A stretch of DNA of 64,000 nucleotides, from contig JAUCBJ010003970.1 of the NCBI GenBank assembly GCA_032718475.1, forward strand, positions 5,176 to 69,175, read 5' to 3'. Within the stretch, counting starts at the first letter, position 1, and every line of letters begins with the position of its first letter. A program made the position numbers and the translations under genes. Below, piece after piece: positions 40,936 to 56,005 of this stretch. The notes under the pieces were generated by a model. It was not told where the DNA came from. It did not search any database and worked only from the letters and a program-made list of their open reading frames with translations. Origin of the DNA: Nemertoderma westbladi (lineage: Eukaryota; Animalia; Xenacoelomorpha).

Positions 40936-42695
40936 GTTATGTTGTAGGTGCTGTAGCAGGCGGTGCACCGTAGCGCTGGTGCCCCACACTAAATTTATTG
41001 TGCTGCGTTTTCTATTTTTATTGATATAAAGCCATTAAGGAAATAAGATGTAAGATTAATGATTGTGTTTGTATGTGCACATGTTGCTGTGTATCTGTGT
41101 ATTATTAACTTGTAATCACGTTATAAAGTTAAAATAACAACAATATGCTTTGGGATTTACTGTGATGTCATGTATTAGTGTCCAGGTCCATAGAAATATG
41201 TCAATTGTATCGGAAGAGGGGATACTGCAGTTTAAGACACTCAAAGGTAAGTTATAGTGAGTGTGTTTGTGTGGGGGGGGGGGGGGGGGGGGGTGCGAAG
41301 CTCAGCATACCTGACGTTGTGCTGTTATATTTATCTTTGCATTTCATTAACCCCATCCATATAAAAAATACCACGATTTCACAAAAACCCAGGTTATAGA
41401 GGGAGTGAACTTAACCAAACCGAAGTAAAAGTATATTTTAATAAATGACCTAATAAACTCAGAATTAGTTTTGGTGTAGCCGCTGGAAAATTATCTTGTT
41501 TCTGAATTGAAGATATTTTCGGTACCGGTACGCTATGATGTAACAAACATAGGTATACCTATACTTACTTTTCATAAATACGTGTTTTACTAATTTGTCA
41601 TTTTATGTAATATGTGATAACTTTTAATTTATCTAAACTTTCTGCTATGTCCTTTATTACACAAACCAGGTATTCAAGCAAGCAATGTCTGATTTACAAG
41701 CGGCTTTCACATCTCACAGAGGTTAGTTTTGCAAGTGATCCTTCTTCGGTTTTTATATTTTGACTTGATTTACTTTACTAAACAAATTGCTATTTATTAA
41801 GTTAACCATGCTATGGTATAAAACACTTTTAATATGTAATACTAACTTAACTTATAAATTGTTCGTTTTTAATAACAATTAACAATTGATAGGTATTTTG
41901 CTTATATTGTTCTTCAATATTCATTTACCAATACCATTAAATCTTACTACAACATCTGTTTTATTTTTTAAGGTTAAATATTGTTTTGAAACTAATCTTA
42001 GAATTTACTTTGTTTGTATGTTAAACACTAACCAACAAATGCTATTCATTCATTTTGTTTGTATGGACGCCTCGCCTATATATGCGAATTTATACGGTTT
42101 AGTTTGTTCTTGGTCAAATCAGTTGTATACAATTACTAATATATACATCACTGTGTATTGGGGCAGTTTAACACGTCGTAACTCCCTCTAATTTTTTCGG
42201 AGCGCGAACTTTGTTCCTAAAATGTGAAAATGCGAATTTTGTTCCAATTCACAGCGAACTTTGTTCCTATTTTTGCGAATTTTTGGCAAATATATTGCGA
42301 ACTTTGTTCCCATGACTACGAATTTTGTTCCACTCACACTTACAGTACTGCAGTAGCTAAACTTACTGTAGATGAATAACAACACGAATGCAGAAATTAA
42401 CTTTCATGCCTCAACTTTCCCACGATTTAACACAATAGTATTAGATTGAATAGGGAACTTTTACTTACCTGGAGAATCATTAACATAAATTAATTTTGCT
42501 TTAGAAATTATCTTACCGCCAGTATTCAAGGCCCGGTCCACTTAATTATGGATTATATTAATGTTGGCGTTTTATACAAATATTGTCTTATTATAATAAT
42601 AAATTATTATAATATTGATTTACTAAGAATACTTAGTTTATACGTAACGTACATACTAGTAATACGTTCCATGGTGTCAGATTATCCTATGTCCT

Positions 42696-42982
42696 GCCCA
42701 TGTGAAGAATACCAGGATTTCACTTTTCGGTCGACTTTTTATTGGAATGTTATATATGAAGATTTTTTATTTTTTTTAATTTATCTTTATTAAGTGTTTT
42801 ATAGCGCTTATTCCTGTCTTATAACCTGTACATATAGTAATTCGTTTATTGTTTTGGTTAGATTCAGCCCTTATGTAACCTGGGTTTTGGTGAAAACCTG
42901 GTATTCTTCACATAACTGCAAACTTTGTGTAACTGCAAAGTGAAATATAACAGCGGAAAGTCTGGTATTCTTCACATGGACC
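42696..42982. mobile_element. MITE family B copy 2
   Basis: Matches 20743-21018 end to end. Confidence 0.8.
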
Positions 42983-43224
42983 CTATGTCCCAAAGGATAA
43001 CAATAATTACGGTACTGTTTGCGACTTTGAAATTAAAAGTAAACATTTGAAACACAATCATTCAGTTTCCTAGCGCAAACCTATATATACCCTTTTCCTA
43101 TAACGCAAACTGAATTCATCGAATTCTAATAATTATTGAGTCGAATGGACAATTTTTCTATTTAGTCAATTTTGACATTAAACATTATCAAAAAAATTAT
43201 AGGTTACTTTCTCAATATATTTCA

Positions 43225-43762
43225 TTTTTAACCGAAAGTAGGTCGCTTTACCAATAAGTTACTTGCCCAATATTCGACTTACAGAATAAGTCATTTATTT
43301 GCCCAATAAGTTTTTTGAGACCATAATTTCCATTCACTACGTATTCTGCCTGTTGCTAGGCCGACTACATCACATAATCAGATAGTGGCGCATATTGAGC
43401 GCAAGTAAAAATAGTGATCATCAGTGCAAATTGACCGCTTTTAAGTGAAATTATATATAGTTTATTGTTTTGGTTAGAAAACACCGCCAGTGTAACCTGC
43501 TCCTTTCCATTAATGTTCTTAATTAAATAAAGCTAAATCTCAAAGTATTGGGCAAGTGTCCTATTCGAAAACTCGCCTATTGGGCAAGTTTCCTATTCGA
43601 AAACTGGTCTATTAATTGGGCAAGTGTCCTATTGGGAAAGTGACCATACCAAATCTAGTTATTGGGGAAGTGACTCATAGGGAAAGTGTCTTAAGGTAAA
43701 TATTACTGGGCAAAAGTCTCATTGGGGAAGTGTCCCTAATGGGCATCTGACAGTTAAACCAT
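43225..43762. mobile_element. MITE-like element with ATTGGGCAAGTG subterminal repeats
   Basis: ACTTGCCCAAT copies on the left, many ATTGGG(C/G)AAGTG copies on the right; centre holds the shared motif (43461-43508). Confidence 0.5.
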
Positions 43763-44983
43763 ATTATAGTTATCTACATAGGATGATACATTTAGATAGG
43801 ATAATATAGATCTTAATACGGATCGGATAGATAACAAATAATTGTTTGATCTCGAATTATATTGTATTAATTGTAAACAACATTTTAATGAAATGCCATG
43901 GATGGTAGGTCTCTCGTCTTTCGACGCGTTCAAAATCCATCCATTTCAGGGTAAGATCGACGCGCAAATAACAGCTGATTACTCCCACAATTAAAACGGT
44001 AAACTGTTCTATTAACTTCCGTTTATTGATTTGGTTAAAATAACTCGAGTTATAATTCGTTGAAATGGGATCTGCTACAAGTTAACCCTGCTCTCTCAGA
44101 TTCCGAATACGAAAACCCCCACTGTTTTGAATTTCACCAGATGATTCTTCAATAATTTTGATATATTATCAAAGGTGCACATCTTGAGACCTAAGTATTA
44201 AAACCGGTATCTACGATGAATCAACGCCATAAAAATGCATCCCTCTCCAGGGGAAATTGGACGCAAATAACAGCTGATTACTCTCAAAAATAAAACTGTA
44301 TCAGATTCTATTGTGTTTAGTTTATTGTTTTGGTTAAACCAAAACCTGTCTCGTATAGTAAGAAGCAATATCGGATTATCACAATACCAAATTTTTCAGC
44401 ATTGATTTGAAATTATTAAAAAAATTAGGGCCTGTGTTAGACTCAGATCTATAATAGTTTCTCTACAGGAAATGTTGGTGTATGTGCATCAAGGTGATTC
44501 TATAATTATATACATTAATGAAACAAATAAATTGTATATCGATTGCTATACACAGACTGAACTACCGGCAGCAGAAATGGCTAAATATATTATATATGCG
44601 CTAAAGGCATAATGGTTATTTATATATGCTCGGTTATTGACCCTTTGCTAACCCTCCTATACTATGGTAATTGCATTGTGCATTGTATACTAATACCAAC
44701 CAATGAATGTTCATATGTATGTATGTTTGATGGGTTACCACACCTTAAACTAAAGCTTCATACAGTTTGTATACAAAACTGTTGCAGTGCTCCTTGGCAC
44801 GACAACCAGCACATATATCGCCAATAACTCACTGTGCTCTCTCCCTGTGATATTTCATCTAACTTCTAATAATATTTAAAAGTATATGTCACGGTTCAGT
44901 TAGTTCCAATGGCGGAATCTTTGTAGGTGAATGGTTGTGATGGTTTAAGGTGACAACCACCCACAGCAGTACTTACTACCTAT

Positions 44984-45291
44984 AGCCCCGTTCACATCCA
45001 ACGGTGCGTGAGCGGTAAAGTAGTCTAGCGGTATTGAAGCGGTAAGCCAGCGGTACACTACCCGGAGCCCGTTCACACCCAACGGTACCGTTGCGGTAAC
45101 TGATTTTCTATCTGTCGACTGTGAATTCAACAGGAAATTACATTAATTGTTTTAACATTGTTTAAATGGGCTGCGGTAAACCGCGCGGTTTAGCGCACAA
45201 CTACCTGTTGGGTCGTTCACAGTCAGTGGAGTACCGCTGGCCCTGCGGTACACCGCGCGGTGTACCGTTCCGTTGGATGTGAACGGGCCTT
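44984..45291. mobile_element. Harbinger-like MITE
   Basis: TIRs CCCGTTCACATCCAACGG / CCGTTGGATGTGAACGGG. Confidence 0.7.
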
Positions 45292-48200
45292 ATGGTCGGT
45301 ACCATTGACCAAGATGAAGATCCAACTCAATCTGTCAAGCTGAAAGTACTTACTTATATCAGAATAACTGCTGTAATAATGGATTGACTCTTATGCCTAC
45401 AATATTTATTTTGAACTATTGTGATTTAAATAATTATTTCTTTGGATATGTGTATGTATACATGACAACATGTTTCATGATGATTGTTTTAAGATTGGTA
45501 ATAATTAATTATATTTGAACCGGCTGATTTTACCAAATAAGATTATTTATCGCGAATTTTTTGTCAGCATTATTGTCAAGGTCTATTCAATAACAATTTT
45601 TATCCTTATTGATTTTATTTACATACGATTTTCCGACAATTTGACCACACAAGCAAATGTAATGCCTCTTTGTATGGTTGGTTGGTTATATGACTCACCA
45701 ATAACGATTTAAGTGAATCATACGCAGAGCATTGAATTTGTATATTGTTTCACCATTTCTGTCTAGAGAACGCCGCATACTTTAAGTTGAACTATTTCGT
45801 ATATTATTGTTCTGTCAGTTTTTAGGCAGGGGATACGATGTATGGAACCACATAAATGGGAATACGATGTATAGAACCACGTGTCTACTAGACGTTATTA
45901 GGGCCACTGAGATTGTATAATTGTCATTGTATTGACCTCTTAACCTTAATATGAATCATTGACTACGCAGTGTGTGCCAATAATAACCAATAGTCCCTCA
46001 TTTTATTTTGAATATTTGTTATGTCTGAATCGCCCAGAGTAACAGAGTAAATTTATTTCGGTGAAAGTGCAACAGGAAACATCAGGGACAACCTGAAGGC
46101 TCATCTCTGTTGGGAAACCGGAAGGCTCATCTCCCTTGAGCAATAAATATGCCCAGTTTTAGTACTAACGAGTTAGTGCTTTAACATTACCATTAGTTTG
46201 GCACATCATAACATGCCATTGGCTTAGAACATCATAGCCTGTCCTGGTGTCTGATTGTCACACTATGACGTGGGGATGGCATGGGATTAATTGCCTAATA
46301 GTTATAAATTGTATGATGTGGCATGAATGGCTGACAATTGCATTGGTTTGGCATGGTTTGTCATGGCACGGAATGAAACATCATGGCATAGCGCGTTGTG
46401 GCATTGCATAGCACAAACATCTTTGTATTGAATCGTCTAGCATTATTCGGAAAACTGGAAAGGTATTGTTTAACAACATTACATGTTATTGCGAGCATGG
46501 CGTGGGACGTCATGGCATGGCATATGGTTACATTTAGGGTATAGTATGTGGTGGGCATGTAGATATCACAGCATGAGCATCGGAATTTGCCAGGTATGTA
46601 TGGTATGTGCGTTCAATGTTATGGTATATGGCATGACGGGGATGACGCATGGAATGCGGGCAAGGAACATCAGAAATATGCAGCATGGCACGTCACGGCA
46701 TTGCATATCACTTGATGGAAAAATAATCATGCCATAAGAGAGCATGGTATAGCAATAGAGGCATGTCCTGTAATGGTAAGATAATGAAACGGAACATGCA
46801 TTGCAAGCGTATGTCATCCCAGGGCGGGGCATGGTATTTATGGTTGAAGGAAAGACTAGCCGTCTCATTCTAAGACTGCACGATGGCTTTCATATATTAT
46901 CGGTAATGTGGATTTGAGTAATTACGTAGCAAGGGTTGGAGGGTTTGTTTTGGCCCTATACTTGACAATGTTATTGTTACGCAGGATTGGCAATGGAATC
47001 GGATGTGTTTTTGATAAGAAAGGGAGCAGCATAGATTGTATGTATATGTCTACCGTATTATTGGCAGCCATAGGAAGTGATTGTCCTGACTTGTAATTTA
47101 CTAGACATGCTCTGACTGACGTCATTGGGCCCTCCCTTTACATCTGGCCCGGGCCCCACTGCCAGTCCGTCCTCTCTATGTCCGTTCCATTACCTTCTTT
47201 GTAACACCCCGCGGTGTTACACCTACTATACCTAGTCCAATCCACTTTCACGGTGTGCGGCTCTTTGTCTTTAGTTACCGCGCTAATCAATGGATGGACT
47301 GGGCTCCATTGTTTGTTCCTGTCCTATTGGCAGAAGCCAGTGATATGCCATTGTTGAGTTGAGGCATTATTGAAATCGGCTGCCTCCCATCCCAAAAATG
47401 ATGATTGAATGAAAGCTATTGATCGTTTGTCCCCCAAAGAATAAGGTTGCCTGATATACGCGCGCATATAAGTGAGAACATACAGAATTTACCACAACTT
47501 ATATACCGGTAGGTAGGTACCGTAGTGGCAATTTTTTGATGAACAACCCATTTCCAACCCAACTTTATTGCTAAGGCTACATTCTATAAATTTATTCTCT
47601 CACAGGCAAAAATAAAAATATTCAAAAATTATAATTCATTCCGTTTTTACCAGCATGATTCGAATTTATTGAGCGCCTTCCAGATCGCAAATGTGTTGTC
47701 GCACCTTTGCCTTGCATGTCCTTTACCGTAAATGTAATACGAAAGTGTTAAAAATGCGAGAATTATTTCAATACACACCAATCAACTCCCTGTAAACAGA
47801 GAACTTTGGATCTCAGCTATGAACGAATTTATTTTTTTTCATTTTTGCCTCCTATCTTAAAGAATCTATTTATTTAGTGGGTGGCAGTAAGTTGGACTTG
47901 TCCTCCTATCTCTATCCAGTTAGTTAGTTAGTTAGTTTATACTACTATGTTGATTGTTGCCTCTAAGTTGCCTTTCATTCTAATTATTTAATAACAATTT
48001 ATTTTCTGTCATTTATAATGATTATGAATTGAAGGGCATGTTTTGTGGATTTGAATATATTTGTAATTTAATTTGGTAAAAAAACTGACCAAATTAATTT
48101 TTGTTCGGTCTTCGGTGAATCTAGATTATTTTATTTATATTTTGTATTTTTGGCATTAAACGGGACACAACGGGACACGATTACCTGTTGCGTGATTCGC

Positions 48201-49954
48201 GTTATTTTTAGACATCCCTAATGTGTAAAAGGCAAGAATAACTGTTAATTGCCCAATGTTTTATAGTTGTTGTACAGCAACTTGCAATTGTTACTTTATA
48301 GTACCGGTATGTATACCTTACATACATATATAATATATATTAAATAATTAATTAAATAATACTTACTGTATATGAATTAATTAATAATTATGTAATATCG
48401 TTAACTAACCATGTTTACTACTAAATAACTATGTAGGAGTAACAATTAAAACTAACTACTAATACATTTATATACTATACTACCAGTATAACTTAGTTTG
48501 TGGAAAATATACAAAGCGTTATTTTTATTTACTATACAAACCACCCATTGACTTTTTAAGTTACAATTTAAATACATACAAATTTTATGTTAATTTTACC
48601 AGTACAATTACAAGTATAACTAAATGTTGGGATATTAAGATTCAATTTTTTATAAAATTTGACTTACAATAATTGGAATTATTTTATAGCAGTAATAAAT
48701 ACCTGAGTTTTTCTCGCACTTGACAGAACTAATGGCAATGTGGTTTCTATTGGTACGTGATAGCTGAACCTCAACTCTTATTATTGGCCGCACTCACCAG
48801 GTTTAAATCCATTTAAATGGCTTGTGTATGACAGCAATGGGAAGGTGTCCCATTCTCCATTGGTGGGCCAGCCTATCTATCAACATATATAAGAGACTGT
48901 AGGATATTGAATGACACTCAGTATAATTTCAAACACTCCTCCATAGCTTTATGGGTTTGTTTACAGTTTACATTACTGTGCAGTTACTTACAGATCTACT
49001 CCTTACCTTACTTAATTGAGGTTAAAGTCTAACTAATTGTCTTGACACTACTACTGTCTATTATTATTTTATCCACTAGCTTTGACATATTTTACTCCAA
49101 CAATGTTTACTCACAGTATATTGGATGTGTGGTTTAATTTGAAACAGGTGGTTGCGTTGGCGTATCGCACATACTGACGTTATGGCGTAGTTACGTATTT
49201 CTGCTTTTTACTTTATGAAAATTAAGTATAGAATAAATATTGTATATAATTATATAGTCGTCAGTTTGCTCTGTCTATATATTCATATATGGCATGTCTG
49301 CATATTTATTATTCTTACTTATTGTATTATTATTTGTATATTCGTAAGTTTGACCCAATTAACTGGGATACCGGTATCTCAAGTATATAGGAGTTCGTTT
49401 ATTACAATTAAGCCATACAATGGGAACGGATTTAATTGAGGTTGGGTGTGGTGATGTAATTATTAATTTGGATATAATGTACTCTGTCAACTGTCACCAC
49501 CACCCTCCAATAGAGTTACGAATATTAGAAATTGTCACGTCAATATTTGAAACCGATCACGGAATAGTTTAATTTTCATTTCTGTATATCTTTATTATAA
49601 ATTATGTTAATTTGTTAGCAGAATATAAAATATTATATAGATATCTCATCGGTATTATTAACATATTGATAATAGCCAGCTAATGTATAAAATATTCATA
49701 AATTGTAAGTTAACTCATGTTGTCTACCAACCTGACGACAAGATATAATATTTCGAATATTAGGGAAAATATTTATTATTCTATATTGTGTATTCTAGGA
49801 CATAATAAGTTACAAATTATTTATTAAATGCCTTTCAATTCTATTTACGTAGTTTTAATGCGGTGTGACTGCAGTTAATCTAATTTTCAACCATTACATA
49901 AATATGGATAAAATGTTTCTTGTTTATTTGTTTGTTATTTTTCTTGGATAGGTA

Positions 49955-50110
49955 TGTTAGGCACTGCTTGTTTTTTCTATGTTAGGTATAGTTAGGTACT
50001 GCTTGTTTTTTCTATGTTAGGTATAGTTAGGTACTGCTTGTTTTTTCTATGTTAGGTATAGTTAGGTACTGCTTGTTTTTATTTGGTTAGGTATTTAATT
50101 ACTGCTTGTT
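49955..50110. repeat. 35-bp tandem repeat, ~4 copies
   Basis: GTTAGGTATAGTTAGGTACTGCTTGTTTTTTCTAT repeated. Confidence 0.9.
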
Positions 50111-50232
50111 CATGATATATTTTATAATTTAGACAATAAATGTGTTTGTTTTATACCCCCGAATCTGTAAACACAGCTGAATTTCTATTATTATATTACC
50201 GGTAGTATACAAAATGCAATATTTAAGAACAA

Positions 50233-50425
50233 CATTTTCTTCCATGATGGGGTAATTTTGTTCCATTAATTTTGTTCCATGAGGTAATTTTGTTCCATTA
50301 ATTTGGTTCCATGAGGTAATTTTGTTCCATTAATTTTGTTCCATGAGGTAATTTTGTTCCATTAATTTTGTTTCATAAGGTAATTTTCTTCCATTAAGTT
50401 CGTTCCATTTATTTTGTTCCATTCA
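50233..50425. repeat. 32-bp (14+18) tandem repeat
   Basis: GGTAATTTTGTTCCATTAATTTTGTTCCATGA repeated. Confidence 0.88.
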
Positions 50426-51497
50426 TTCCACTAAAAGTCGATTATAATATAGACCAACAACTCCCATAGGTCAGTTTTTTCTTAAATTCTGAAATTTATT
50501 ACTTTTTTATTATATAATTATTAATTATGTTGAAAAAACAATAATTTCATTTCACCATTTATCGAAGTTGATAAATTTATTCAGCTTTGAATTTTATCAT
50601 GTTCACATATTTAAATGGCATAAACACAAATATCACCGTGTAATATTGTTTGGAATAAGCGGATTCCGTTAAATTTATTGATTTTTGGTTTTTTTGCTTC
50701 GTTGCTATAGTGATATGTTATGCAGGAGAAACTTAAATAAACCCTTTTAGAAAAATATCTCTGCTTCAAATTTCATGCGACCTTATTTAGATTTGTAAGA
50801 ATATTATTAGCGTGGGCACTGAATTGAGAGATATCCATGCTACCCGCCACCCTCCTCGTATTTAATCTACTTTCTTGCGTAATGTAGTGTACCGCGCTTC
50901 ATTGTAATTTCAACGGGGTTTTTAAAATCCTCCCCTGCTAGCTGCTCCTGCTGTGTGAAAAATGTGGATTCCTTTCCTGCTTGAAATATGATTTATGATG
51001 AAGGTGTTGTGCTCTTACGTAGTGCAGTACAACTGTATCGACATTGCTATTTGTCATCATATTCTTATTTGAATGTTAAAAATTTATTTTAATACATATA
51101 GACGAATCTATTCCAATCCAGACGCAGACATGTCAAACATTCGTTAATTAAATTAGGCTACGCGTGTTTACTTACCAGACCTATTCACATTTATATAATA
51201 TATTATAATGTCTCTGTGAATTTGTTTAATTTATTTTTCGTTGATAAACAATAAACATATTCCATACAACATAACATAACTCAAGTTGTTTTTGTTAATT
51301 ATCTTTATTATGCACTTTCACTTTTATCTTAGTATTTTGGTTATGTGGTTAGTTCTGCCCTTGCGCTTCCGCTTAGTGCTTATATCCTTTTGTTTTTATT
51401 TTTAACTTAATTTTGGAGTTAAATGGTGTTTTAGTTATTAACCTCGCTTTTGTTTTGGTTACCGGTACTTAACTTCATTTGAACTTACTATTTGTAT

Positions 51498-51732
51498 TTA
51501 GTGTTTTGGTTATTTACCTCCGTTATACACTTACTTCTTAGTGTTTTGGTTATTTACGTCAGTTATTCACTTTCTACTTAGTGTTTTGGTTATTTACCTC
51601 AGTTATTCACTTACTACTTAGTGTTTTGGTTATTTACCTCCGTTATACACTTACTAGTTAGTGTTTCGGTTATTTTCCTCCGTTATGCACTTACTACTTA
51701 GTGTTTTGGTTATTTACCTCCGTTATGCACTC
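51498..51732. repeat. 40-bp tandem repeat, ~6 copies
   Basis: TTAGTGTTTTGGTTATTTACCTCCGTTATACACTTACTAC repeated. Confidence 0.9.
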
Positions 51733-52198
51733 GCTTAAACGTAGCAGTTCGTTCGCGCAGTCGGTCCGCAATCGAGGCGGCTCTTGCAGTTGCGTCAGAT
51801 CTCAGGAGGCACCGGAGGCCCTAACAATATGGGCCGACATTCACGACCGTAAGTGTAATTCCATTTCAACATTCGTATGATGCGTTTTCGTATGATTCGT
51901 TCGTATGATGCATTCGTGCGTTTGGATTTAACTGTATACGCTTGAAAACTATTTAATATCATAACAATGTTCAGTGAGCAGTAACACTTCCTATATTTCA
52001 ATTTTCAGTAAATGGTCTAAAAAATGATTCAGACATAATTTGAACATATTTTAGATTAGGTTTCGGGCCCCAGTAAAGAGAGATCGCGACATAGGAGTTA
52101 CGAGGTTTACAAGTAGTACCACGAATCACGATGTTATGTTCACTTAATTATATATTAGTTACACTTTGTTTTAATCATAAACACTATACCATATTAAT

Positions 52199-52340
52199 GG
52201 CAGGCTACTCCAATCTGCATTTATCATTTAGTCATTTCATCGACCCAGTGGATGAACGGCTGAGTGGACCCTGGCGGGGCTGAACCTACAATCAATATAT
52301 TGCAGGCCCTGCGCTCAACCAACTGAGCTACCCCGCCTCC
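52199..52340 (-). mobile_element. tRNA-derived SINE, with a Deu/Nin-type conserved body domain
   Basis: Minus strand GGCGGGGTAGCTCAGTTGGTTGAGCGC (A box) ... GGTTCAGCCCC (B box), followed by ACTCAGCCGTTCATCC..GGGTCGATGAAATGA, which resembles the conserved metazoan SINE body motif; the cloverleaf is degenerate. Confidence 0.7.
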
Positions 52341-53346
52341 GCCTATGTAACTTTTTTGATAATAATTTACTTGGCCGTAGTGAAGTGAATGGACGGCATA
52401 CTTAATTACTTATAATATATTCCGCTCACTTCGTTACATGAATTGACGTCACATTATTTATTTACATCACTTATTATCTAATATCGGCTCTGTACTCTGT
52501 ACACCCATTACATGGTAATCCCAACCGTATGATGGGGTGTTGGTAGCTTTAGCGATCTAGTTGGTAAGTTGAAATCGTACTGTGGTGCCCCTCCCCAACA
52601 GTGTATTAATTCCACTATGTGGTTTCTGCTTTCTAAGCTTTCCTCTTGGTACCGATAATGTTAAATTGTATTTATTTACTTGTGTCCATGAATTGAGATA
52701 AATTTAGAACCAGCAACATATTGCCATTTAATATCATTCAGTTACCAACCATACAGTACTAGTAAGTAATTACTACACTGTCTGAGTGTCTGTCTCTGAT
52801 TATAGATCTCCAATGTTTCAGTGGTTGAAGGTCGAACGAACGTGTTCCCTAAACACGCCTGCTGCTACTTGCTGTGTGTACCAATAGATTTATGGACAGG
52901 ACATGCACCATTTGGCTTCCCTTACATTTCCTCTTTCCCAAACTACAGTGTATATCAATCAATACATCAATAGGCTTGCAAAATCAATTCACAAATGTCG
53001 CCTGTCTAGTCAACCCAGCCTATGAAATTAATGGGTTTTCTCCTGAGAAATGTCCCTTGTAAATTTTTGCGATATGATATATTTACATTTGTGTGTAATT
53101 AATTACATATAGGGAGGGGAGTCAGTGTGTAATAATAATAATTACTCAATATTTAACTCACTCCTACAACACCCATACCGAACCCTGACGTAATTGTAGG
53201 CGCTGTTACTACAATTTAGCGATATCCGTCTAGACTGAATTGACTTTATGGCGTAATTAGTTTGTTATTTTATTCGTATTCAGTTAACGTTGTCTATTAC
53301 ATGTGTGCAATTTAATTTTAGTGTCGCTTTTCACTTTATATCACAG

Positions 53347-53530
53347 ATTTAAAGAACCAACTACAGGAGCAATTGCGATGCCTGGACGGCCGTCTGGAAG
53401 TGGAACTGGGTCTCCTTGGGGACATGCAAGATTACTACAAACGTCGCTCCGAGATTGAACTCGAATACTCAAGAAGTTTGGACAAACTCTCGGAACGATT
53501 CTTAGCCAAACACAAAAATGCCATGATCAA
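53347..53530 (+). CDS. SRGAP: SRGAP coding exon 2 (F-BAR/FCH domain)
   Basis: Acceptor TTTCACTTTATATCACAG, donor GTGAGT; 184 nt, phase 1 to 2. Encodes DLKNQLQEQLRCLDGRLEVELGLLGDMQDYYKRRSEIELEYSRSLDKLSERFLAKHKNAMIK, versus vertebrate EIRAQLTEQMKCLD..LLQDLQDFFRKKAEIEMDYSRNLEKLAERFLAK. Confidence 0.93.
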
Positions 53531-55321
53531 GTGAGTTCGCAGACCAAACATTTAAACTCTTTGTTTCTTATTAACTTATTTATCATCGCCTTGCACAGGT
53601 TTTAGCATATTTCTAGCAATGAGTGTCTGGCGACTGTTTGCTTTGCTTTATTTCTAAGCGAATGCAGTTAAATATTCTATTATTGTCTCTAATTTTATTC
53701 TCCCGGTTATCCTGTGTTATACTGTGTAACCTATCCAACTTAGGGATGACCTCGTTACTATTATTAGTGGCGATCTGAGGGCGGACAATTAATAGTTCTC
53801 TAGAACTAAAACTGTATGTACTGTACATAAATAATAATACATATCTACAACCATTGGGTATATCAATACATAACGTACACGAACAGACCAGATGTGCGTA
53901 ATACACGACGCGTATTCATCTTATATTTCTTTTAAACCAATTTTGATAGATAATTAGTAAATAACTCACTGTCCTCTCTCCTTTTGTTGAACGGACGTAG
54001 CTGTGGGGCGAGCCACGAAAGTAAGCGAGCTTAGCATACAGGTATCATTAACTCATTAACTCAATCGGTGTGTCTGTTGTTCTGTTGTGTTCAAATTTAA
54101 ACGTTAATAACAGCCAAATCTATCCAAACTTGGTACACATGTAGTCTGGCAAAAGTTTAGAAATTTTCCAAGTTGAATTTGCCTGTGGCCTTTGAGAAGG
54201 TAAGATAAATTCAGTTAATTAATTAATATTTAATTAATTAATGTTGGTTAGGGTAAAAAACAGCATTTTCAACATGACTTTTAATGGAAATTAATTATTT
54301 TATAGTATAAGATGTAAATAATTATACTTAAAAATTATACGGTGTAATCCCCATACCCCATTCCATTATAGTTTTTAATTAGTTCAAGTTATTTGCTTTA
54401 AGAAATGTGTTTTTAATTGATCTAAACGTAATTAAGTTATTAAAATACGCCGTCAGCCGTCACTCTATACTTGTAGGCTCCCTTATTCCAAGGCATGTTT
54501 GTTATTGCCTAGCCTTTTTTTGATGCATTTATTTGATGGTTAAGTAACTTAAATAATATGCGTTCTTTAATTATTTTTGCTAGAAATTTGTGCTGTTTGT
54601 ATATTTGTGAATCGCTTCCAGTTGTATTTTGTGTTATTTTAAAAATATATATAACATATCACTTTTAAAACACAAATTTTAAGTTAATACCTCTGCCTTT
54701 CATCAATCGCACCATTGGTGCGCCTTTGGGTTGGGGTGGTGCAGATTAAGAGGGAGGTTAAGGGGTGGGGGTTGGGGGTGGGGCTTTATTTTCCTCTTAA
54801 TTTGATTTACTGGTGTTTGGTTAAATTTCTTGAATACCGAGTTTGTGATACAGTAGAATCAATATTAATCTGTATCTCATAATTAAGCCTCGTGCTGCGC
54901 GAAGGCCCCAGGAACGTGTTGGTTGTCTGTATACAGATAGGGAGCGATTACAATTGTTTGGTTTTACTGCAATACCTAATTTATTAGCGTATGTGAGGTA
55001 AATGTTTAATATAAATCATGCATATATATATACATCATGTAATCCAATCCAATCCAATCCATGGCGTGGTGAGAATCACATTTCATTTTATTTTACTATG
55101 ACAACCGCCACATTATACATCTTACCCATTACCGGTACAACTCTAGTAGTTAGTACGGTGACCTTCACTTATATGATGCGACACATAGATGATAGAAAGA
55201 AACCACAGGAATTATTGGTAGAGGTCCAATGTCCAGTGATATAATTTGTCTCAACTCCAAAGTTAGGCGAAACTCAGTTTGTTAAAAGTAATACGCCACG
55301 TGGGGTTGTGCGGCGAATTAA

Positions 55322-55560
55322 TCGGTCGGTCGGTCGGTCGGTCGGTCGGTCGGTCGGTCGGTCGGTCGGTCGGTCGGTCGGTCGGTCGGTCGGTCGGTCG
55401 GTCGGTCGGTCGGTCGGTCGGTCGGTCGGTCGGTCGGTCGGTCGGTCGGTCGGTCGGTCGGTCGGTCGGTCGGTCGGTCGGTCGGTCGGTCGGTCGGTCG
55501 GTCGGTCGGTCGGTCGGTCGGTCGATCGGTCTTTCGATCGGTCGGTCAATCGGTCGGTCG
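55322..55560. repeat. (TCGG)n tetranucleotide microsatellite
   Basis: About 50 perfect units plus a degenerate tail. Confidence 0.98.
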
Positions 55561-56005
55561 TTTGTTTATAGTATATAGCGTTCAGTCCAGTGTTCAGTGC
55601 GCATTTTATATTTTTTATTTCACATATCGCGATTTAGCCCACAGAGTTGATCACACCTTATAGTCCAGAGTTCATACCACGGTTTAAGCGTAGTTACATT
55701 TTTTTATACTATGCATCTAATTTTCTAATTATTATGAAATCCTCTAACCATCAAATTTGTAGAATTTGTTTGTGTTTTTGTCACTTTGATTATCAGTAAC
55801 TCTATCTGAACTAAAGAGTGAAATGTTCATGAGAATTCCGTTTCTATTAGGCTATACTACTGTAGTCTTATATTGAATATTGATATGTTGTGTGAATACC
55901 ACACAGTATAAGCACGTTATCATTATGTTTTCCTTGTTGCCTGCGGTTTGCACTGTTCTGCTGTCCAGGCAAATTTTCCCTTTGTGTTACTTTATTTCCC
56001 ATCAG

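Noticed and set aside
9420-41293. Long poly-G/C runs (about 9420, 21770, 24242, 30306, 35520, 41273) as G-quadruplex elements
   Set aside because: Simple homopolymers, some within repeat family A; lengths are unreliable and there is no further support.
52260-52340. tRNA gene
   Set aside because: Anticodon and acceptor stems are degenerate and it continues into a SINE body.
55274-55578. TDRP/SVGR repeat ORFs
   Set aside because: Translations of a (TCGG)n microsatellite.
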